A stretch of 64,000 bases of DNA from Promethearchaeota archaeon (GTDB lineage Archaea; Asgardarchaeota; Lokiarchaeia; Sigyniarchaeales; SOKP01). The DNA lies in assembly GCA_016839555.1 (NCBI GenBank), contig JAEOUA010000007.1:32001-96000 (forward strand). Reading direction: 5' to 3'. The translations under genes and the position numbers were made by a program. Positions within the stretch are counted from its first letter, which is position 1; every line of letters begins with the position of its first letter. Positions 42,189-50,165 of the stretch are shown here, piece by piece. Under the pieces are notes generated by a model. The model saw nothing but the letters and a program-made list of their open reading frames with translations. It was not told where the DNA came from and did not search any database.

Positions 42189-42863
42189 TGTGTCTTTTTG
42201 ATGTTGTTGCGCTTTATAATATCATCTACTTTATAATATCATACAAAACATTCTTTATTTTTAATTTGGAATTTTTAGGAATTTGTATAGTGGGATTAGA
42301 TTGATGATATGAAAGTCAACATAAAAGCAGAAGAGATGATTCAAATGTTCTTTAGTTGATTAGCTATGGGGGTGAAGCTGTGTCTGATGATAATTGTTTT
42401 ATCATAATCGGTGCCCGATATTATTATTGAGATCCTCTGTTTTTAGAGAGAACTTTTTTATTTAAATTTATACATTATGAATTTTCTTGTTATTTTAAGA
42501 CGTGTTTTATAATCAGTATTTCTATTTAAACGATCTCTAACTTTAAATATTTTTTAAATATATTGCAATATGGATCTACCAACTTTAAACAGAATAAACT
42601 CTTATTCCCCTTTCTGTCACGGAGCAAACCCATACTTGGCAAGAATAATTTATATGCTTTCCTAAGAACAAATAATGCTTAAGACTATAAAAAAGAAAAA
42701 AATAGGAAATAAAAGTATTAAGCCCCTAAGTTAGCAATTCTTTCATGTTTTTGATTCAATAAAATATTTAAATTACTTAAAACTTTTGGGGTGAAGTTTT
42801 TGAGGTTTTAAATTCTAATTTGATTGTTCTTTTAGATCATTGATAGTTTTTGTATTGATTTAT

Positions 42864-42905
42864 GAGTTCATATAGATATGAACATTGTTAACATTTATGT
42901 GAACA
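42864..42905 (-). repeat. Right imperfect inverted repeat
   Basis: Reverse complement reads tgttcacataaatgttaacaatgttcatatctatatgaactc. Confidence 0.75.
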
Positions 42906-43059
42906 GGGCAAGTTTATATGAATATAAACTTCATTGACGCTGGTACAAAACATCGAATCGAAAAGTGGGGGTTTTTTAATTTTCATGAATTAGCTATAAT
43001 CGTGTTCAATGATCAATTCAGCTAATATAATAATAAACTTTTAAAATAAAATTAAAGAT

Positions 43060-43272
43060 ATGAATCATTTTAGATATAATAACTATAGAAATACCATTCC
43101 AGAAAAATCATTAGAAAGAATGAAAAAATATTCGGAAATTAATTGGAAAAAAATAGATCGAAGTGCCCTTGAAAATTATCTTGAAAAATTAGAAAAGACT
43201 GATAAATTAACAACAAAATCTAATATTTATTATAATCTCTTCCAGTTTTTTCTTCTAATTCTAGTAGGTTGA
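43060..43272 (+). pseudogene. Degenerate RHH-type antitoxin remnant
   Basis: IPEKSLERMKKYSEINW....R.ALENYL pattern with non-matching termini. Confidence 0.45.
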
Positions 43273-43450
43273 TTTTAATAGTTTTCAGAAATGACCATAA
43301 TTCATTTTTGCTAATTTTTGCTTTAGGATCTAAAATATAATCTGTAATATTTTCATCAATAAACTTCTTTATGGTTTTCAATAATAATCGACATTCCTCG
43401 GAGATAAAGACTTTTTTATAAAAAGGTTTTAATTAATTTTAAAAGAAAAA

Positions 43451-45847
43451 ATGATTTCGCATTTTTTATTCATTGATGAAAATAATTTCAAGGATATTAT
43501 AAAGAAAGATCTAAATAAGATAGTAGGATTAAGTTTTAAAGAGAAATGTCAAATAATTGACATGATTAGTTCTAAAAAGTTTACTAATGAACTCAAATTT
43601 AAATTAAAAGACATCTTAAAGATTGTCTCAAATAAAGAATTGTTGGTTCTTATGGGAAAAATAGATAATAAATCATTACAAAATGAAGTTAATTATGAAA
43701 AAAAGATAAAGGATACCTTAGCTACATCTATAGAAGAAAATAAATCTTCTAAGAGAAAATATATTGATGGTGGAAAGATTGATTTAGACTATTATGGTAA
43801 CATTATCGTAAATAAATATAAGGATATAATAAGAAAAAGAAGAAAGGCTCTCGGATTTCCTACTACACAAAAAAGATTATCCGATATGACTCCTATTATG
43901 CATAATCAAGTAAGAGATATTGATCAGATTGTTTCTAAGAGTGGAAGAACTAGATATTTATGGTTTGGTTTAGTCTATCAAATAACGGTGGTCGAAAAAG
44001 ATGGTAACGAAGGTAAAAAATATGCTGGAATGACAGCTCAAACTTTAAAGCAGAGATGGCATTGGTATGTTAAAACTGCATTGGAAAAACAAGAACATTG
44101 GCACTACCCCATAATAAAATTAATCAGGAAAGTATTATTTGATGAAACGAAATATGATGAAACAGATTTAAAAATAAGGGAAATAGATTGGAATTGGGCA
44201 AAGATTAATGCAATTCTGGAACCTCGATTTAAAAGAGAAGTAAAAATCATTTGTTTTAATTCAAAATCATTAAAAGAAGAGGAAAGAAAATATATAAGAA
44301 AATATAATTTAATTAAAGATGGATTAAATATTAGGGCGGGGGGAGAGGGCGGTCATGCAATCGATTTACCCATGTTTAAAATTGCTAAAATGATCACAAA
44401 AGGAATGAGTTTAAAAGAAATGGAAAAGATCATCAATTGGGTTACTCATACTACTATTTGGGACAGAATTAATGATTATTGGATATCCTATGAGAATTCT
44501 TTATTACTTTTCTTAAGACCTATGCTAAAGTTATTAATTATTTCTAAATTTGAATTATATGAAATAAATGAGACATATAATCGATTTATGCATGATACAA
44601 TAAAGACTTTTTTTGAAGGTCTTTCTTATAGACAATTAATAGATTTGAAGGAAGAAGAATGGAATTCTTTAGATTATGAACATCTCTCTCCTCGGACAAT
44701 AACTGGGCAAGTTAAATATATGATCCCTGGAAAAATCCTGAAAGATTTAATTCTAAGGAATAAAACAGCTATCTCTGCTATTGATGATCCCTCAATAGAG
44801 GATTCACTTTCTATTTATTGTTCGGATGTTGCTCGGCAGCAAATCGTATATCAAATACAGCAACAATTAGATTATGATAGTTGGATAAATGCTAGGAGAC
44901 ATATTTGTGGGAATTTTATTATTAAAAATCTAAAAAATCGTACTATAGAAGCAAAGGAGATATATATGAGAATAGGATATGATGAACCATCTGCTTATAC
45001 TCATACCACGCTAACTCAAATCTATTTTTTTGGTTTAACAACTGAAAAATTAAAAGAAATATTACAAAAAAATCCCTATATTGAAAAATATATTGATCTC
45101 AAAAAGTACATAGATAAATTAAAATCTAAAAAAACCAAATTACCAAAGACTAAAATTGATAAATTATTATTAAGAAAATTAAAAAGTAAAGATATGATAC
45201 AAGAGATAATAGGATGGTCAACTAAGGATTTCTTGAAAGAAGTTAAAAAATATTATCCTAACTTTAAAGAAGCAAAATGGATTGTTAAAGCACCCTATAT
45301 AATAAATAAATTTAGAAATATTTCCCTTCCCTATGATTCTAATGAATTGAATAAAATCGTGATTCATCTAGGTTATAGTAATTCTGTAAAAATTAGTTCA
45401 ATTATTAGAGATATGTTATTTGGTATGGGTTTGAAGGATGCTATAGCATTAGTAAGATATTATCCCGGAATTAAAACGTATCAAGATGCTTTAGAGAAAA
45501 TTAAAGAACTTAACAATTTTAGAAGACTTTTTAAAGCTGGAACATCAAAGAAAGAAACTCTAAATAAGATATTAGATATCTTTTTGAAAAAAGAATTTAT
45601 AACTATTAAACAAATAGCTAATCACACAGGATTTCTTAAAAGAACAATTAGAGGGTACTTGAAGGATTTAACTTCTCAAGGAATTTTGGAGAGAAAAATT
45701 CTTGATGGAAATCCTTTTTGGAAATTAAAAGTTTCAAAGAAAAAATTGGAGAAATTATTTGATGATTCTCCTATCAAATATCCATGGGATGATGATCCTA
45801 GTTTTTCGTTAAAAAATAAAATAAAACCTATAAAAGATAAAGAATAG
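43451..45847 (+). CDS. Large GIY-YIG endonuclease-domain protein with helical repeats and a C-terminal wHTH
   Basis: GLVYQI...KKYAGMT...LKQRW...LKEEERKYI...GLNIRAGG; C-terminal ITIKQIANHTGFLKRTIRGYLKDL. Confidence 0.75.
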   Translation: MISHFLFIDENNFKDIIKKDLNKIVGLSFKEKCQIIDMISSKKFTNELKFKLKDILKIVSNKELLVLMGKIDNKSLQNEVNYEKKIKDTLATSIEENKSSKRKYIDGGKIDLDYYGNIIVNKYKDIIRKRRKALGFPTTQKRLSDMTPIMHNQVRDIDQIVSKSGRTRYLWFGLVYQITVVEKDGNEGKKYAGMTAQTLKQRWHWYVKTALEKQEHWHYPIIKLIRKVLFDETKYDETDLKIREIDWNWAKINAILEPRFKREVKIICFNSKSLKEEERKYIRKYNLIKDGLNIRAGGEGGHAIDLPMFKIAKMITKGMSLKEMEKIINWVTHTTIWDRINDYWISYENSLLLFLRPMLKLLIISKFELYEINETYNRFMHDTIKTFFEGLSYRQLIDLKEEEWNSLDYEHLSPRTITGQVKYMIPGKILKDLILRNKTAISAIDDPSIEDSLSIYCSDVARQQIVYQIQQQLDYDSWINARRHICGNFIIKNLKNRTIEAKEIYMRIGYDEPSAYTHTTLTQIYFFGLTTEKLKEILQKNPYIEKYIDLKKYIDKLKSKKTKLPKTKIDKLLLRKLKSKDMIQEIIGWSTKDFLKEVKKYYPNFKEAKWIVKAPYIINKFRNISLPYDSNELNKIVIHLGYSNSVKISSIIRDMLFGMGLKDAIALVRYYPGIKTYQDALEKIKELNNFRRLFKAGTSKKETLNKILDIFLKKEFITIKQIANHTGFLKRTIRGYLKDLTSQGILERKILDGNPFWKLKVSKKKLEKLFDDSPIKYPWDDDPSFSLKNKIKPIKDKE

Positions 45848-46049
45848 GAATATTATTATATTTTAAAAGAAAATTAAGAATGATACTATAATAATAATTA
45901 ACTAAATTGAGATTAAATATTCCTATAGTTTCATTTTTAATCTAAAAAGTATAAAAATTAATAAGAAGTAATATTAATAATGTAAAAAAATGAAAATATA
46001 TATTTTTTTAAAAAAATGAAGATATACAACTTAAAATCAAGATCAATAG

Positions 46050-47288
46050 GTGATATTTATTAGTATTCAGCCGATGAAGCTTTTCTTCCGTGAAATAAAA
46101 GAGCCTATTAGAACCACTATGATAGGAAATTATGCCGTGGCAGGCGGCGTTACCCAGACGGATCCTGATGTCATTTGTGCATTTCCAATAACTCCCCAAA
46201 CCCAATCAGTCGAAGGATTATCTGACGTGGTACATCAAGGTAGATTAAAAGCTGCATTTGTAAATGTAGAATCTGAATTAGCAGCCATGAGTTTTTCTAC
46301 TGCTGCGTGTGCTGCAGGTGCTCGTACATTCACTGCGACAGCTTCTCAAGGATATCTTTTAATGACAGAGGCGTTGCCAATGGCGGTGGGTTGGAGAGTA
46401 CCCTTAACCATGATGATTAGTGCCCGAGCTTTTAATTCCCCAAATCTCTCAATTTGGAATAGCTGGGAATTTACTGAAACGAATTCCGAAATTGGATGGA
46501 ATACCATCGTCTCAGAAAATGTTCAAGAGACCTATGATGCAGCCATTTTATCGGTGATGATGTCAGAGGATTCATTATTTCCAACAATGTTTATCCACGA
46601 TGGGTTTATTATTTCTCATTCCGTACAAAATGTGACTTTAATACCTGATGAAACCGTGCGAAAATTAACTCCTAAGAAACCACGACACCGCATTACGCCA
46701 AAAAAACCGGGAACTTGGGGCGGAATAGTCACTCCAAGCTATTTTATGGAATTTAGAAAAAGCCTCGATGTAGATAAAGAGCCAGTATTAGGTATTATGG
46801 AAGATGTTTTCGACCGATTTGAGAAAGCAACGGAGAGAAGATATGATCTTATTGAAACCTATAACTTGGATAACCCCTCAAATACCGCCTTTATAACGAT
46901 GGGATCCATGTGCGGAAATATAGTAAGTTGGATGACTAAAAATAAAGATGTTGGATTAATTAAGCTTCGCACATTTAGACCTTTTCCTTATGAACAATTA
47001 CAGCAAATCGTAGAAGACTATGGTTTAGAAAAATTAATCATTTTAGAAAAATCAGATTCTCTGAATGGAATGCTACCTCCGTTCTCGATGTCAATAGCAT
47101 CAGCACTTTACCCGCTGGGTACCTTGTTCAGAAGCTTTATCGTAGGATTAGGTGGCAGGGATGTCACCAGAGATGAGTTAAACATCGCACGAAAAAAAAT
47201 GGAAAATGTAAAAGATATGAAAGGTAAGCTTTATATGTATCTCGGTGTGAGAGAAACTAAAAATAAAATTTATGGGGTGAATATGTAA
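46050..47288 (+). CDS. porA: 2-oxoacid (pyruvate):ferredoxin oxidoreductase alpha subunit; true start possibly ATT at 46059
   Basis: AFPITPQT, VESELAAMS, TATASQG, DGFIISH, GLGGRDV. Confidence 0.93.
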   Translation: MIFISIQPMKLFFREIKEPIRTTMIGNYAVAGGVTQTDPDVICAFPITPQTQSVEGLSDVVHQGRLKAAFVNVESELAAMSFSTAACAAGARTFTATASQGYLLMTEALPMAVGWRVPLTMMISARAFNSPNLSIWNSWEFTETNSEIGWNTIVSENVQETYDAAILSVMMSEDSLFPTMFIHDGFIISHSVQNVTLIPDETVRKLTPKKPRHRITPKKPGTWGGIVTPSYFMEFRKSLDVDKEPVLGIMEDVFDRFEKATERRYDLIETYNLDNPSNTAFITMGSMCGNIVSWMTKNKDVGLIKLRTFRPFPYEQLQQIVEDYGLEKLIILEKSDSLNGMLPPFSMSIASALYPLGTLFRSFIVGLGGRDVTRDELNIARKKMENVKDMKGKLYMYLGVRETKNKIYGVNM

Positions 47289-47289
47289 A

Positions 47290-48418
47290 ATGTCAAATGG
47301 AGATAGAAATATTATAACGATGGAAGATATATTAGCGAGAGAAGGTAAATGCAATGTACTATTTCTAAACTATGATAACGAGGCATTTATGAACACCGGA
47401 ATCCAAGGGAATTCTACATTTTAGTAGAATTCTGGAAAAATCTGGTGGTACGCCTCCATATGCAAGTACAACTACAGGACCAGCAGGAGAAAAAATACCC
47501 GGAAAAGTTGGAGTGAAACAAGATTTAGTCACTCCATTTGCATTTTATGGTTCAAAAAAATTGTTTTTAGCAACGGTAAATCCAGCATATCCTCTTGATT
47601 TAATGGGAAAAATAATGGATGCCCTTAAATCCGACGGATCAGCTTTTATACAGGCCTTAAGTGATTGTATGAGAGGCTGGAGGCATGATGCTAAGGATGC
47701 TTTGAAAATCTCTAAACTTGCGACTGATAGTGGGTATTGGCCTTTATATACCATTCGAGTTGAAGAGGGTATACCCGTATTTTCATATTATAGAGGACTT
47801 GATATTGATAAAGATAAGTTTGTGGAATTTTTGCAATCTATGGGGCGCTTTAGGCATCTTTTTAAACCAAAATTTATGGAAAAAGAAATCAATGAAATAA
47901 TCTTTCAAACGGAACAAAGAAACAAGAAGATAAAGGGGTTAATTGAACAGTTTGGCGCTGATAAACCTAAAGACATCTATAGAATTGATAGAAAAGCATT
48001 AAAACCACAGGAGCATTTGCTTCCTGGACATGGCTTATGCCCAGGGTGCGGTGCGGGCATGGTTCTTTTTCAAATGGCTACAGCAGCTTATCAAGTAGCT
48101 GGTAATAATATGATCTATGTAAATAATACAAGCTGCTCGGAAGTTTCAACATCAAAAGATAATGTGACCTCTTGGAAAGTACCTTGGGTACATCATCTCT
48201 TTGAATCAGGTGCCACCGTTGCTGATGCTCTGGCAACTGCTTATAAAATTTTGAAAAAGAAAGGTTTATTTGGAAAACCAATGGAAGAAGAGGTGCCTTA
48301 TGTTATTCATATCGGTGGGGATGGCAGTACTTATGATATAGGATTTCAATTTTTGAAAGCAGCATTAATTCGGACCAGTACTTTCATGGAAATGAGCGAA
48401 CTTTTAAACGAAAAATAA
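47290..48418 (+). CDS. porB: 2-oxoacid:ferredoxin oxidoreductase beta subunit, circularly permuted and interrupted by a 31-nt candidate intron; exons 47290-47407 and 47439-48418, 365 aa spliced
   Basis: ATG 1 nt after the porA stop gives ...YDNEAFMNTGIQ, which joins ESGGTPPYASTTT...; GHGLCPGC and GGDGSTYDIG lie in the C-terminal half. Confidence 0.9.
47408..47438 (+). other. Candidate 31-nt BHB-type intron in the porB mRNA
   Basis: Exon helix caccgga/tctggtg, 4-bp central helix tcca/tgga, 3-nt bulges agg and aaa, 9-bp intron stem gaattctac/gtagaattc. Confidence 0.85.
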
Positions 48419-48598
48419 GTTTTCTTTTTTTAAATTAACCTAATTTTTATATTCTTATTTTTTATACTTTTTTATCAATAAATGATATTTTATTGCAGAT
48501 TTGTAATTCCGTTGATTATTATATCATCATAGCAGAAGTTAGGTAAAAATTTTCAATATAATAATATTAGATAATTACATAATTATATATGGTAAACT

Positions 48599-49357
48599 AT
48601 GATTAAAATTGAAAAGGATAATCCCGTTTATACTGTAATTATAGATAATCCAGAATTTAGAAATGCGATTGATAGACCTTCAGCTCAAGCACTTGCTGAT
48701 GCATTTAGAGAATTTGAGAGAGATGATGAAGCCCTTATTGCTGTATTATGGGGTGCTAACGGAAACTTCTGCTCAGGAGCGAATCTTAAAGCTATTTCTG
48801 AGGGAGTTCCTAATAGAATTGAAAAAAGAGGAGATGGTCCAATGGGACCTACTCGAATGCTTCTTTCAAAACCCATTATTGCTGCAGTTTCAGGATATGC
48901 GGTTGCTGGAGGTTTAGAGCTTGCTATTTGGTGTGATTTACGACTAGTAGAGAAAGATGCGATTTTTGGGGTATTTTGCAGAAGATATGGAGTACCTTTA
49001 ATTGATGGAGGTACCGTTCGCTTGTCCAGATTAATTGGTTTGAGCCGCGCGTTGGATATGATTTTAACGGGGCGTCCTATATCAGCTCAAGAAGCTTATG
49101 AATGGGGATTAGCTAATAGAGTAGTTGAAAATGGGCAATCAAGATATGAAGCAGAAAAATTAGCCAAGGAACTAGCAAGATTTCCCCAAATTTGTATGAG
49201 AAACGATCGACTTTCTGCTTATGAACAATTTGGTCTGGATATACCTGAGGCGATGAAGAATGAATTTGAATATGGCTTAAAAACTCTTGAAAAAGGAGAA
49301 TTTCTGGAAGGAAGTAAGGAATTTATGAAAGGAAAAGGAAAACATGGAAAGTTTTAA
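48599..49357 (+). CDS. Enoyl-CoA hydratase/isomerase (crotonase)
   Basis: RNAID, FCSGANL, KPIIAAVSGYAVAGGLELAIWCDLR. Confidence 0.92.
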   Translation: MIKIEKDNPVYTVIIDNPEFRNAIDRPSAQALADAFREFERDDEALIAVLWGANGNFCSGANLKAISEGVPNRIEKRGDGPMGPTRMLLSKPIIAAVSGYAVAGGLELAIWCDLRLVEKDAIFGVFCRRYGVPLIDGGTVRLSRLIGLSRALDMILTGRPISAQEAYEWGLANRVVENGQSRYEAEKLAKELARFPQICMRNDRLSAYEQFGLDIPEAMKNEFEYGLKTLEKGEFLEGSKEFMKGKGKHGKF

Positions 49358-49485
49358 AGTTGATATAAAAGTTATTCTCTTTAGAAAATATTGACACAAT
49401 TAAAAAGCAAAAGATTTATATTTTTTTATCCATCATCTTAGATTAAGAAACCAGAAAAATAATTAATTTAAGAGGTGTATTTTTC

Positions 49486-49887
49486 ATTCTGTTTAAAGAA
49501 TTAAAAGTTAAAACCCCTCAGCGTGAAATTTTATTGGATATTACTCAAGAAGTGAGAAGCAATATTGAAAATAGTGGAATTAAAGAAGGATCCTGCAATA
49601 TTTTTGTTCCACATACAACAGCGGGAGTAACCATTAATGAAAATGCTGACCCCGCCGTGAAAAAGGATATCATTCAGCATCTACACAAAATAATTCCAAA
49701 AAATGCGAATTTTTCACATATGGAAGGAAATTCTGATGCCCATATTAAAAGCTCCCTCACTGGTCCCTCTTTAACTGTGCTAATTCATAATGGAAAACTG
49801 ATTTTGGGAACTTGGCAAGGTATATTGTTTGCTGAATATGACGGGCCACGGACTAGGAAAGTATATCTTCAAATTCAAGGAGATTAA
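49486..49887 (+). CDS. YjbQ/UPF0047 family protein; start probably ATT/CTG near 49486-49489
   Basis: HTTAGVTINENADP, HMEGNSDAHIKS, LGTWQGI..EYDGPR. Confidence 0.9.
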   Translation: MLFKELKVKTPQREILLDITQEVRSNIENSGIKEGSCNIFVPHTTAGVTINENADPAVKKDIIQHLHKIIPKNANFSHMEGNSDAHIKSSLTGPSLTVLIHNGKLILGTWQGILFAEYDGPRTRKVYLQIQGD

Positions 49888-50165
49888 TATCATTTTAAAT
49901 ATAAGCAATATTTTTTCATTAATTTCCAATTAATTTTAGGGAATTATCCATATTTTCATTAAAATCACAAAATTTTATTTTTTAACCAAAAAAGGAAAAA
50001 TTTATGATTAATAAAATTTTTTTTAAATTTTAATCCATCTATGCTTTTTATTCCTCATTTTCTTTAAGTCTAGAATAAAAATATCAAATTCTTAATATTG
50101 AGAGCATTTAATTATTTAATTAACATCAAAATTAAATTAGGAAAAAATATTTTAAAGTATTAATA

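Larger units (their letters stand above)
39384..46058. mobile_element. ~6.7-kb insertion splitting the por operon at the porA 5' end
   Basis: Orphan MSIEPMK codons at 39384 mirror (I)SIQPMK at 46059; contents are pseudogenes, antitoxin remnants and a GIY-YIG protein. Confidence 0.6.

Noticed and set aside
41746-42242. Short tandem duplications (ttagatgttgat x2; ctttataatatcat x2)
   Set aside because: Two-copy slippage-type repeats in decaying DNA, with no evident function.
39384-46058. The 6.7-kb por insertion as one giant self-splicing intron with a homing endonuclease
   Set aside because: No group I/II or BHB boundary is recognisable, it contains decayed genes on both strands, and porA has its own RBS and start.
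47408-47438. Programmed frameshift or single-base sequencing error in porB
   Set aside because: It is a 31-nt structured insertion with two in-frame stops, not a single indel.
47513-48418. ORF-track start of porB at GTG 47513
   Set aside because: Conserved PorB motifs continue upstream to ATG 47290 once the 31-nt insert is removed.
47290-48418. RNA-level un-permutation of porB by end-joining, as in permuted tRNAs
   Set aside because: I found no BHB pairing between the gene ends, and the permuted ORF has its own start, continuous linker and stop.
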